64,000 nt of DNA from Planctomycetota bacterium. Lineage in GTDB: Bacteria; Planctomycetota; UBA11346. Within the stretch, counting starts at the first letter, position 1; each line of letters starts with the position of its first letter. The notes under the pieces were generated by a model. It was not told the DNA's origin and searched no databases. It saw nothing but the letters and a program-made list of their open reading frames with translations. The stretch is from assembly GCA_038231435.1 (NCBI GenBank), contig JBBRLJ010000029.1, positions 10,706-74,705 of the forward strand, written 5' to 3'. The translations under genes were made by a program, and so were the position numbers. Positions 37,589 through 46,768 of this stretch are shown here, one piece after another.

Positions 37589-38749
37589 ATGAATCGCCCC
37601 AACGACCTGCCTATCGCGACGCGCGCCGGATCCCCGCAGCCGGGTACCATGCCAGATGCGCAGGAAACAGCGCGGCTCGCCGCCGCCCTGCAGCCGTTCG
37701 TGGATCGCGGCACGCTCGCCGGGGCGGTGGTCCTGGTTGCGTCGCGCGACGCTGACCTGGGCGTCGCGGCCATCGGCCATGCCGATCGCGCGGCGCGCAC
37801 GCCGATGCGCGCGGACAGCCTGTTCTGGATCGCCTCGATGTCGAAGCCGATGACCTCGTCGGCGCTGATGATGCTGGTCGACGAGGGCGCGGTGCGCCTC
37901 GATGATCCGGTCTCGACCTACCTGCCCGAGTTCACCGGCCAGATGCTGGCGGTCGAGCAGGACGAGGAGCACGTGCTGCTGAAGAAGCCCGCGCGGCCGA
38001 TCACCGTCCGCGACGTGCTCTCGCACACCAGCGGGCTGCCGTTCATGTCGCGCCTGGAGCTGGGCCGCATCGACACCATGTCGCTGCGCGAGGCGGTGAT
38101 CAGCTATGCGATGACGCCGCTCTCCACGCAGCCGGGCACCGCCTATGCCTACAGCAATGCCGGCATCAACACCGCGGGACGCATCATCGAGGTGGTCCGC
38201 GGCAAGCCCTACCATGAGGTGATGCATGAGCGCCTGTTCGCGCCGCTCGGCATGACCGACACCACCTTCTGGCCAGACTCCTCGCAGCTGGCGCGCTTGG
38301 CCAAGGCCTACCGGCCCACCGCGGACAAGTCCGGCCTCGAAGAGATCCCGATCCCGCAGTTCACCTATCCGCTCGACGATCGCCGCCGTGGCCCCAGCCC
38401 GGCCGGCGGGTACTTCTCCACCGCCACCGACATGTCGCGATTCTGCCGCATGATCCTGGGCGGTGGCGCGGTCGCGGGCCGCCGCTTCCTCTCGCAAGCG
38501 GCGGTGGCCGAGATGACCTCGCGCCAGACCGGCGCGCTCGCGGTCTCGCACGGTCTCGGTTGGGGCGTCGACGCGGCGGGAGCGGGTTACGGGCATGGCG
38601 GCGCGCTCAGCACCGACATGTGGATCGATCCGGCGCACGGGCTGGCGATGATCTATCTGGTCCACCACGCGGGCTACGCCAACGATGATGGCGGCGCCAT
38701 CCTGCCGGCGTTCCGGGCGGCTGCGCTCGAAGCCTTCGGCCAGGCCTAG
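37589..38749 (+). CDS. Serine hydrolase, beta-lactamase class C/esterase family
   Basis: FWIASMSK (SxxK), LSHTSG, YSN, LFAPLGM, GHGG. Confidence 0.92.
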   Translation: MNRPNDLPIATRAGSPQPGTMPDAQETARLAAALQPFVDRGTLAGAVVLVASRDADLGVAAIGHADRAARTPMRADSLFWIASMSKPMTSSALMMLVDEGAVRLDDPVSTYLPEFTGQMLAVEQDEEHVLLKKPARPITVRDVLSHTSGLPFMSRLELGRIDTMSLREAVISYAMTPLSTQPGTAYAYSNAGINTAGRIIEVVRGKPYHEVMHERLFAPLGMTDTTFWPDSSQLARLAKAYRPTADKSGLEEIPIPQFTYPLDDRRRGPSPAGGYFSTATDMSRFCRMILGGGAVAGRRFLSQAAVAEMTSRQTGALAVSHGLGWGVDAAGAGYGHGGALSTDMWIDPAHGLAMIYLVHHAGYANDDGGAILPAFRAAALEAFGQA

Positions 38750-38768
38750 ATCCGAGCGTTGGGGCCGA

Positions 38769-39896
38769 TCACTTCGACTTGGGTGCGCCCTTGCCGCTCG
38801 CCGGATCCTTGGCATCCGCCGCGGCCGCGTCGTGCGAGACCATGACCGTGCGCGAATACGTGGTGGTGCCGCCCAGGCTGGAGAAGGTGGGGCCGGTGGC
38901 GGAGACGCGCAGGCGCACCGCCTGGTCGGACAGGTCGATCGGACCGAGCGACCATTTCGCGGCGGGGACGAGCTTGCCCGACTGGTATCCCGGCTGGCCC
39001 GAGATGCCGTACTCCCAGGTAAGAGCGGTGAGCGCGGCGATCGGCAGCGCGGTGCCTCCGATCTTGGCGCTCGGCGACGACGTGACCCAGCTCGGGCCGG
39101 CGATGGGCTTGGCGAAATCGACGATCGCCTTGTTCGCCGTGCCGCGCTTCTGCGCGATCATCCACTCGAACAGCGGCGGCGTCTCGTAGGCGACGTGCCA
39201 GATGCCATGCCCCCCGGTTGCGTAGCGCGTGTAGATGGGATCGCCGCCGAGCTTGCGCAGCTCTTCCATCGGCGCGTCGGAGCCGGCGACACCCACGACG
39301 TTATCGTCCGCGGCGTGGAAGCACCACAGCGGCATGTCCTTGTATTTCTCGTAACCGCCGCAACCGCCGCCCGATTGCGGGATCGCGCAGGCCAGCAGCT
39401 CGGGGTGATGGGCGAGCATCGCGAAGGTGCCGAAGCCGCCGCCAGAAATGCCGGTGAGGTAGATGCGATCGGCATCGATGGGATTCTTGGCGATCAGCTC
39501 GGTGATGATCGCCGCTAGCTGCGTCGTGCGCTTCGGATCCGTCCAGGCGACCTCGACGGTGGTCTGCGGGGCGATGAAGAAGCACTTCTGCTTGTCCTGA
39601 TTCTTCTTGGAGAGGAATTCCCAGCTGCCCTGGCACTCGCCCGCGAGCTGGGCGTGATTGTCGGTACCACGCTCGCCGTGGCCATGGAGGAAGATGATGA
39701 GCGGATACTTCACCTTCGCCTGGAGGCCGGGCGGAGCGTAGAAGCGGTACGGCGTGGTGAGCCCGTCCGCCTGGTAGCTGATCGGCTTGAAATCGTTCTC
39801 GCTGACCGCCGCGGCCTCGGTGCCCAAGGCGAGCAGGAGGAAGGCAGCGAAGGCGATACTGGCGGTGATGGCAGGTCGGATCATGAGGGGCTCCAT
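38769..39896 (-). CDS. Secreted alpha/beta-hydrolase (predicted esterase/peptidase) with Ig-like C-terminus
   Basis: Signal peptide; YPLIIFLHGHGE, IDADRIYLTGISGGG, FHAADD, GGHGIW. Confidence 0.88.
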   Translation of the reverse strand: MEPLMIRPAITASIAFAAFLLLALGTEAAAVSENDFKPISYQADGLTTPYRFYAPPGLQAKVKYPLIIFLHGHGERGTDNHAQLAGECQGSWEFLSKKNQDKQKCFFIAPQTTVEVAWTDPKRTTQLAAIITELIAKNPIDADRIYLTGISGGGFGTFAMLAHHPELLACAIPQSGGGCGGYEKYKDMPLWCFHAADDNVVGVAGSDAPMEELRKLGGDPIYTRYATGGHGIWHVAYETPPLFEWMIAQKRGTANKAIVDFAKPIAGPSWVTSSPSAKIGGTALPIAALTALTWEYGISGQPGYQSGKLVPAAKWSLGPIDLSDQAVRLRVSATGPTFSSLGGTTTYSRTVMVSHDAAAADAKDPASGKGAPKSK

Positions 39897-40120
39897 GAGC
39901 TGGACGGACAGGGATCCGGGGACGTCGACAGCAGATTACCTGGATACGGTCGCTGTCACACCTCGTTCGGTGAAATATATCCCATTTCCTTTCGCAAGCG
40001 TGAAGCCCCCCCTCGTGGACACATGCCCGGCCGTTAGCCACCCTCCCCTGCCGGGGATGGCTTCTGTCCAGGGTTGTGGCCGTGGCCTTGCGGCGCGGCG
40101 GAAACAGGCACAACCGGGCA

Positions 40121-41773
40121 ATGCTCATTGGCGCCGCCTGGTATCCTGAATATCACCCCGAAGCGCAGTGGGACCGCGACCTGTCGCTCATGGCCGCGGC
40201 TGGGATCACCACCGTGCGCTTCGCCGAGTTCGCCTGGTCGCAGATGGAGCCCGAGCCCGGGCGCTTCGACACCGATTGGATGGCCCGCGCATTGGACGCA
40301 TTCCAGCGTCACCGCATCCAGGCGGTGATCGGCACCCCGACCGCCACGCCGCCAGCGTGGTTGGCCGAGAGCGATCCAACCACCCTGCCGGTGGACGACA
40401 CCGGCCGCCGCACCGGATTCGGCACCCGCCAGCACCGCTGCTACAACGCTCCAGCGTACCGCGAGCGCACCCGCCTGATCGTCGAGCATCTCGCCCGGCG
40501 GTTCGGCAGGCATCCCGCCTTGGTCGCGTGGCAGATCGACAACGAGATCGGCGGCGAACTCAAGGCCTGCTACTGCGACATCTGCGGCGCGGCATTCCAG
40601 CGCTGGTTGTCAGGGCGGTACGCCGACATCACCGACCTCAACCGCCGCTGGGGTACCCAGTTCTGGTCGCAGACCTACCTGCGCTTCGACCAGATCCCGA
40701 TCCCGCGCAAGACCGCGATGCAGCTGATGGTGAAGCACAATCCCAGCCTGATGCTCGAATGGATGCGCTTTCAATCGCAAGTCATGGTCGGCTATTGCCA
40801 CGAGCAGGCCGCGGCGCTGCGCGCGTCCACGCCCGCCGCCATCCCCATCCTCACCAACTACGACGCCTTCGAGTGGGGCGAGAACATCGACCTGCGGCAC
40901 ATGTTCTCTGGGCTCGATCTCGCTGGGCTCGATCTGTACAGCCAGAAGGACCACGAGATCGCCTTCTACTGCGATTTCATGCACGACGTGAAGCAGCAGC
41001 CATTCTGGTTCATGGAGTACGGCACCGGCAGCCCGAAGCTTGCCACCGAGCTCGACGCCATCGCCGGGAGCGGCCACGTCGATCGCCTGCTGTTCTTCAA
41101 GTTCCGTCCCTTCCCCTGGGGCCAGGAGCAGGGCACGCGCGAGCTCCTCACCATCATGGGCACGCCCGGGCCGAACTACCACGCCATCAAGGAGTGGACG
41201 GCTAGGCATGCCGCTCCATCCACTCATCACATCGCGGCCGGCACGGAGACGTCGCGACCGGCGCGGCGCCGCGTGGGCGTGGTCTACGATTTCGACAGCT
41301 CGTGGTCGCGCTTCCTCACCGGCTGGAGCGGCGTGCCGCAGGATCTCACCTACCCGCGCGGGCTCATCGACCCGGTCTACAAGTCACTCCACGACCAGGG
41401 CGAACGCGCGCGCTTCGTGCTGCGTCCGGAAGATCTGCGCGATATCGAACTGCTGCTGCTACCGTGGACGGTCATCCACGACCCCGCGCTCGAGGACGCG
41501 GTGGCTCGCCATGTCGCCGGCGGCGGATCGCTGCTGATGACCCAGGACGTGTTCTTGAAGAACCGCGACAACGTCTTCAACGAGACCCTGCCGCGGCTCT
41601 ACCGCGAGTTGCTCGGCTGCGGCGCCGACTTCCTCGACCACGAACCCGCGGGCGCCCATGCCCTGGTGCGCGAGACCCGTGCTGGCGCGGCGCGAATCGT
41701 GGTCCTCGGCGTGAAGGCCGACCTGGGAGACTGGACGCATTGGGTGCGCGAATTGCTGAGAAAGCGCGTGTAA
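40121..41773 (+). CDS. Beta-galactosidase, glycoside hydrolase family 42
   Basis: GAAWYPE, EFAWSQMEP, TPTATPPAW, WQIDNE (acid/base), CYC..C, WGTQFWSQ, WFME (nucleophile). Confidence 0.92.
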   Translation: MLIGAAWYPEYHPEAQWDRDLSLMAAAGITTVRFAEFAWSQMEPEPGRFDTDWMARALDAFQRHRIQAVIGTPTATPPAWLAESDPTTLPVDDTGRRTGFGTRQHRCYNAPAYRERTRLIVEHLARRFGRHPALVAWQIDNEIGGELKACYCDICGAAFQRWLSGRYADITDLNRRWGTQFWSQTYLRFDQIPIPRKTAMQLMVKHNPSLMLEWMRFQSQVMVGYCHEQAAALRASTPAAIPILTNYDAFEWGENIDLRHMFSGLDLAGLDLYSQKDHEIAFYCDFMHDVKQQPFWFMEYGTGSPKLATELDAIAGSGHVDRLLFFKFRPFPWGQEQGTRELLTIMGTPGPNYHAIKEWTARHAAPSTHHIAAGTETSRPARRRVGVVYDFDSSWSRFLTGWSGVPQDLTYPRGLIDPVYKSLHDQGERARFVLRPEDLRDIELLLLPWTVIHDPALEDAVARHVAGGGSLLMTQDVFLKNRDNVFNETLPRLYRELLGCGADFLDHEPAGAHALVRETRAGAARIVVLGVKADLGDWTHWVRELLRKRV

Positions 41774-41837
41774 GCTTGCCACGACGGCGTTGCGCGCGCG
41801 CCGCGCTGGCTACCATGGCCGTAGCCAGGAGCTCCAC

Positions 41838-42809
41838 ATGCGTCTCGCCGCCCTCGTCCTGATCCTCACCGCCTTCGCCATCGGCGCGCAAGCCGCCGTG
41901 CCCGAGGTCGGTTCCACCGCGCCGGAATTCGGCGGCACGAAATTCTACAACAGCACCGCGCCCGGACCGGTGACCCTGGCCGGACTGCGCGGCAAGGTGG
42001 TGCTCATCGATTTCTGGGCGACCTGGTGCGGACCCTGCGTGGCGGCGATCCCCCACGTCAGCGAGCTCTACGAGAAGTACAAGGATAAGGGCCTGGTGGT
42101 GATCGGGCACACCGACGGATCGAGCCAGAACCTCGAGCAGTTCATCAAGGACAAGCCGATCCACTACATCGTCAGCGTCGGCGAGAACATCGGCGACGTC
42201 TACGGCGTCACCGGCATCCCCCACGTCTACATCATCGATCCGGACGGCAAGGTCGCGTGGCACGGCCACCCGGCCTCGCTCGACGAGAAGGTGGTCTCGG
42301 ACCTGCTCAAGAACGTGCGGCTGTCGGCGTCTCCCGCGCCAGCGTTCGCGACTCCGTCCAAGGTCGCCAAGGTCGCCAAGCTCGAGGAGTCGATCGCGCT
42401 CGGCAAGGTCGGCGCTGGCGTCAAGGCGCTCGAGAAGCTCGTCGCCGACAAGGACCCCTCCGCCGCCGAGGCCGCGAAGACCAGCCTCGAGACCATCTCC
42501 GTGTGGAAGACCGCGCTCGATGCCGACATCACCAAGATGCGCGAGAAGGGCGATGTCTTCGGCGCCGCCGAACTGGCCGCATCTGCCGCCACCAGCTACG
42601 CCGGCAGCGACGCGGCGAAGAGCTACCAGGATCTCGCCGCCGAGCTGAAGAAGGACCCCGGCTACACCGTCGGCAAGGAGTTCCAGAAGCTCGCGTCAAA
42701 CCCGGCCGAGGCGCGCAAGGACCCGCGCTTCGCCAAGGCCGTCCAGGCCTTCGAGAAGAAGCATCCCGATGGCTATTACGGCGATCAGGCGAAGGAACTC
42801 GTCAAGTAG
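41838..42809 (+). CDS. Exported TlpA/ResA-like thioredoxin-fold protein with C-terminal helical domain
   Basis: RBS AGGAG; signal peptide; LRGKVVLIDFWATWCGPC; GIP. Confidence 0.9.
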   Translation: MRLAALVLILTAFAIGAQAAVPEVGSTAPEFGGTKFYNSTAPGPVTLAGLRGKVVLIDFWATWCGPCVAAIPHVSELYEKYKDKGLVVIGHTDGSSQNLEQFIKDKPIHYIVSVGENIGDVYGVTGIPHVYIIDPDGKVAWHGHPASLDEKVVSDLLKNVRLSASPAPAFATPSKVAKVAKLEESIALGKVGAGVKALEKLVADKDPSAAEAAKTSLETISVWKTALDADITKMREKGDVFGAAELAASAATSYAGSDAAKSYQDLAAELKKDPGYTVGKEFQKLASNPAEARKDPRFAKAVQAFEKKHPDGYYGDQAKELVK

Positions 42810-43401
42810 CGGAGTCAGTTGGCCGGGTTCCGGACAGCGCTGGGACCTCGACGTGGCTCCGCCAGCGCCGCACCAGCCAGGCAGCCAGCCCGGCACCGAG
42901 GGTCGCGCATGCGATCAGCCATTCGTGTCGGCCGAAGTCCGTCCACGCGCGCGCGAGCGCGGAACCGGCCGCGAAGCCGCCGAGTACGAACGCCAGCGTC
43001 CACGCGGCGATGCCCGCGAGATCGAGGGCGAGGAAACGCCACGCGCCGATCGCGCTCATACCGAACGCGATCGGTGTCACGGTGCTGGTTCCTGGGATGA
43101 ACTGGAATCCCGCCGCCAGCCATGCCTGGTGCCGCTCGACCATCCGCAGGGCCGCGCCTACCCGCGGCTGCAATCGTGGAAATCGCGCCAGCAACCGCCG
43201 GCCGCAGCAACGGCCGAGAACGAAGCAGACCTGATCGCTGGCCAAGACCCCCATCGCGCCGCACGCGAGCACCACGCGCAGATCGAGGTAGCCTTCCTGC
43301 GCCGCGAGGCCGCCGAGGACCAGCACCGCTTCGCCCTCGAAGAACGTTCCCAGCACGATCGCCGCGTAGCCGTAGTGGTGCACCAGTGACGGATAATCCA
43401 T
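42802..43401 (-). CDS. DedA family membrane protein
   Basis: YGYAAIVLGTFFEGEAVLVLGG, SDQVCFVLGR, FIPG. Confidence 0.88.
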   Translation of the reverse strand: MDYPSLVHHYGYAAIVLGTFFEGEAVLVLGGLAAQEGYLDLRVVLACGAMGVLASDQVCFVLGRCCGRRLLARFPRLQPRVGAALRMVERHQAWLAAGFQFIPGTSTVTPIAFGMSAIGAWRFLALDLAGIAAWTLAFVLGGFAAGSALARAWTDFGRHEWLIACATLGAGLAAWLVRRWRSHVEVPALSGTRPTDSAT

Positions 43402-43469
43402 CGCTCAGACAATCTCTTCCACATGCGAACTCATTGGCTGTGGAAAATCCATGCACGATTCATGGTCGG

Positions 43470-44543
43470 TCATGGGCGATGGCTCTCCTCGATCGCCTCG
43501 TCCTTGGAGATGAGGCTCAGGACCCGGTGCACGTAGTCGGTGACCGGCGGGCACGCAGGCAGCTCGGCCCCGAGGATCCCGTCGAGCCGATCACGCGCAT
43601 AGACAACGTCGGCGTTCAGGAACGGGACGTAGAAGTCCATCGCCTCCCTGACCTGCGCCTTGAGTTTGGTGAGCCTGCCGCTGGTCGGCCACGGACCGGC
43701 CCCGTGCAAGCGGATCTGGTCGACGAACAGGTCTCGCCGCGCGAGCGCCGCGACCACCTCGCCGCAGGTGGCTGATGCCGATGGTCCGGCGGAAACGTGC
43801 AGCACCCGATGCCGTGGGGTCGGCCTCATCGCGAGCCGCGCGATCGATCCCGCCACAAATCCGACGGTGACCAGATCGAGCCGCGAATGCGCGTCGATGG
43901 GCACGTCCCCCAGCATCGCCATCGCAGGGATGACCCACAGCAGGCTGCGCGCCATGCGCTTGTCGTTGATGCCTTGGCCGATGACGATGCTGGGGCGCAG
44001 GATCAGCACGTCGAGATCGGTCGCCGCCACGTAGAGGGCCTCCGCGGCGCGCTTGGATTCGATGTAGCCGTTGGTGAAACCGTCGAACGGATCGTCCTCG
44101 CGCACCGTGCCTCCGGCGTGCGGGATGCGCACTGACGCGGTGCTGACATAGATCACCCGCGGCGCGTGATGCATGGAGCGCGCCAACGCGATCACCCGGC
44201 GAGCCGAGAGCAGGTTGTCGCTCCACCCCGGCTCGTCATCCTTGAAGGCGGTGCTGCCCGAACAGTGGACGATGTCCGTGACCCCGGCCAGCTCCCCCCG
44301 GTCGAGACCCAAGGAGGGCCTGGTGGTATCGCCGAGGCAGGTCCGGATGGCCTCGGGATCGACCGATGGCGGTGCCACGTTCTTCGCCAAGCGCTCCATC
44401 AGGCGATGCCGCGCCGGTTCGAGCGCGTCACCGCGCACCAACGCCCGCACCGAAGCGCCCCGCCCGACCAGTTCCGGGATCAGGCTGCCGCCGATGATGC
44501 CGGTGCCTCCGGTGACCAGGATGGTGCGACGGCCGTGGCCCAT
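43470..44543 (-). CDS. Extended SDR / thioester (fatty acyl) reductase-like protein
   Basis: ILVTGGTGIIG, GDTTRPSLGL, IVHC, YVSTA, NGYIESK, ILRPSIVIG (NAD_binding_4-type). Confidence 0.85.
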   Translation of the reverse strand: MGHGRRTILVTGGTGIIGGSLIPELVGRGASVRALVRGDALEPARHRLMERLAKNVAPPSVDPEAIRTCLGDTTRPSLGLDRGELAGVTDIVHCSGSTAFKDDEPGWSDNLLSARRVIALARSMHHAPRVIYVSTASVRIPHAGGTVREDDPFDGFTNGYIESKRAAEALYVAATDLDVLILRPSIVIGQGINDKRMARSLLWVIPAMAMLGDVPIDAHSRLDLVTVGFVAGSIARLAMRPTPRHRVLHVSAGPSASATCGEVVAALARRDLFVDQIRLHGAGPWPTSGRLTKLKAQVREAMDFYVPFLNADVVYARDRLDGILGAELPACPPVTDYVHRVLSLISKDEAIEESHRP

Positions 44544-44703
44544 GCGCGCATCCGACCGTGCTGCATGCGCGACGCAAGTCCGTCACGCGAGCATGGTCAG
44601 GCCGACTCGCGAGGTGACGTCGGAGCGGGCGGAAACTTTCGTACGCTCCGGGCAAAATCTCGTCTTTCCCCGCCGCGATGGCGCCTGACGATGTCACCAG
44701 ACC

Positions 44704-44967
44704 ATGGAAAAGACCACCTCAGGCAATGGCTCACTCGAAGGCCGCGTGATCGCGAGCATCGCTTCGGTCCTGGGGAAGGATCCCGCGGAACTCTCGCCCG
44801 ACCAGCGCCTGGTAGAGGATCTGAAGGTCGACTCGGTGGACAAGTTCAGCATCCTCATGGGCCTCGAGAAGGATTTCGATCGCGAGATCCCCGACCAGGA
44901 TCTCGCGTCCTTCGCCACCATCGCTGACATCCTCGCCTACGTCGGGAAGCTGACCGAGCATGGGTGA
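44704..44967 (+). CDS. Acyl carrier protein
   Basis: 87 aa, acidic; LVEDLKVDSVD (phosphopantetheine Ser), LEKDFDREIPD. Confidence 0.9.
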   Translation: MEKTTSGNGSLEGRVIASIASVLGKDPAELSPDQRLVEDLKVDSVDKFSILMGLEKDFDREIPDQDLASFATIADILAYVGKLTEHG

Positions 44968-46360
44968 TTCCGGCCGTGTATCGGCACGGGGTCGACGCGT
45001 GGTGATCACCGGCCTCGGCGTGTGCAGTCCCTTCGGCATCGGACGCGAGATCTTCTGGCGCGGATGCCTCGCCGGCCGGCGGGTGATCGCCCCCATCCCC
45101 TCGGCATGGAGCCGCTACGCCGCGCACCGCTCTCGCCACTGGGCGCCGTTGCCTCCGTATGACCCCGCCGCCCATGGCATCTCGCCGGGCGAGGCGATGC
45201 GCCTCGATCCCGCATCGATGCTCTGCCTGATCGCAGCCGACGAGGCCATCGCGGACGCCGGGCTCCGGCTCGAACCCACCGCTCGCAAGCACGCGAGCAG
45301 CTTCGTCGGGATACCGCCCGCGCGGGCGGGTTGTGTGATCGGCAACGGCGCGGGCGGGATCTCGTCGCTGCTCATGAACCACCTCAGCCATCTGCACGAA
45401 CACCGCAAGGAGCCGCTCAAGCGCATGGCGGCCGAGGGCGCCACCGTGCTCGCCGGACCGCGCGCCGAGTCGGTTCTCGGGGATGTGGTGGCCGACATCG
45501 GCACGGTACCGCGCTTCAACCCCTTCGTCGTCACCATGCAGATGCCGAACGCGAGCGCGGCGCAGCTGGGCCTGAGGTATTCACTCCAGGCGTCTACTAC
45601 CACGCTGAGCATGGCCTGCGCCTCGGGAACCATTGCGATCGGCCACGCCTACCGTGCGGTCGCTGGCGGATACATGGATCTGGCGCTGGCCGGAGGCACC
45701 GAGTCGCTGGCCGATCCCTCTGGCAGCGTCTTCCGTGCATTCGACACCGTGCGTACGCTGACCTGCATCGCCGATCCCGATGCTCCGGGCGGCGGTCCCT
45801 TCGACCGCGATCGCAATGGCTTCCTCTTCGCCGAGGGCGGCAGCGCGGTGCTGACCATCGAGAGCCTTGAACATGCACGCGCCCGTGGCGCGCGCGTGCT
45901 CGCCGAGATCGTAGGCTTCCAGGAGGCAAGCGACGCCCACAGCATCATGGCCTCCGATCCGGGCGGCGGCATCGTCGAGGCGATGGTCCGCCGCACCCTC
46001 GAGGACGCCGCGCTGGACCCTAGCCGCATCGATTACATCAATGCCCACGGCACCGGAACCACCGCCAGCGATGAGATGGAATCGGCGGTCATCGAACGCA
46101 CCTTCCCGCATCGGCCCTTCGTCAATTCGACCAAGTCGCTGATCGGCCACACCATCGGTGCTAGCGGCGCGATCGAAGCCGCGGTCGCCTGCCTCGGCCT
46201 CGAGCGGCAGCGCCTCCACCCCAGCGCCAACCTGGTAGCCCCGGTGCGAGACCTGAATTTCGTCACCGACGACCGCGAGCGTCGCATCCGCACCGCGCTG
46301 TCGCTGTCCTTCGCGTTCGGAGGCCACAGCGCGGCATTGCTGCTGGCGGCGGCTCCCTGA
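44960..46360 (+). CDS. Beta-ketoacyl-ACP synthase (FabF/KAS II-like)
   Basis: RRVVITGLG; Cys-His-His triad MACASG, NAHGTGT, KSLIGH; SFAFGG. Confidence 0.93.
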   Translation: MGDSGRVSARGRRVVITGLGVCSPFGIGREIFWRGCLAGRRVIAPIPSAWSRYAAHRSRHWAPLPPYDPAAHGISPGEAMRLDPASMLCLIAADEAIADAGLRLEPTARKHASSFVGIPPARAGCVIGNGAGGISSLLMNHLSHLHEHRKEPLKRMAAEGATVLAGPRAESVLGDVVADIGTVPRFNPFVVTMQMPNASAAQLGLRYSLQASTTTLSMACASGTIAIGHAYRAVAGGYMDLALAGGTESLADPSGSVFRAFDTVRTLTCIADPDAPGGGPFDRDRNGFLFAEGGSAVLTIESLEHARARGARVLAEIVGFQEASDAHSIMASDPGGGIVEAMVRRTLEDAALDPSRIDYINAHGTGTTASDEMESAVIERTFPHRPFVNSTKSLIGHTIGASGAIEAAVACLGLERQRLHPSANLVAPVRDLNFVTDDRERRIRTALSLSFAFGGHSAALLLAAAP

Positions 46361-46448
46361 CATCGCCGACAACACGGCGCGGAATTCCCATGGCTGGATC
46401 CGCCACGGATGGATACCATGCGCCGATCACCCAGACCCAGGAGTTCCC

Positions 46449-46547
46449 ATGTCCAAAGAGAAGACCACCAAGCGCGAAGGCAAGAAGGCCCCGGCCTCGA
46501 CCATGAAAGAGAAGCGCGCCGCGAAGGCGGCGAAGCGCTCCAAGTAA
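46449..46547 (+). CDS. 32-aa Lys/Arg-rich small protein MSKEKTTKREGKKAPASTMKEKRAAKAAKRSK
   Basis: Below the ORF-track cutoff; RBS AGGAG 5 nt upstream, GC3-rich codons, own terminator downstream. Confidence 0.7.
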   Translation: MSKEKTTKREGKKAPASTMKEKRAAKAAKRSK

Positions 46548-46594
46548 TCCCCGCGCTCATCGACTTTCCCCGCGCCCAGAGGCGTGGAACGACC

Positions 46595-46624
46595 AAGCCC
46601 ACCGCATCCGCGGTGGGCTTTCTC
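46595..46624 (+). terminator. Rho-independent terminator
   Basis: AAGCCCACCGC-atcc-GCGGTGGGCTT, 11-bp perfect stem running into a T-rich tail. Confidence 0.75.
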
Positions 46625-46768
46625 GTGTTGAGAACGCCTTGCTCCAGTGATCGGCCGCCTGGAGTCGGGACGAGCGGCATAGGCCACCCTGGGCAGCTCT
46701 GACGTCAGGGAAACCAGCGGTATCCAACGATTTCAGCGGACGTAGGCGGATACCCACAGTCGAAAGCG

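Noticed and set aside
37589..38749. Antibiotic-resistance beta-lactamase
   Set aside because: No clear signal peptide, and HGG rather than KTG; more consistent with a family VIII esterase-type serine hydrolase
44704..46360. Housekeeping acpP-fabF or type II aromatic PKS
   Set aside because: No fabD/fabG/fabH context, atypical ACP motif and no chain-length factor; gene symbols withheld
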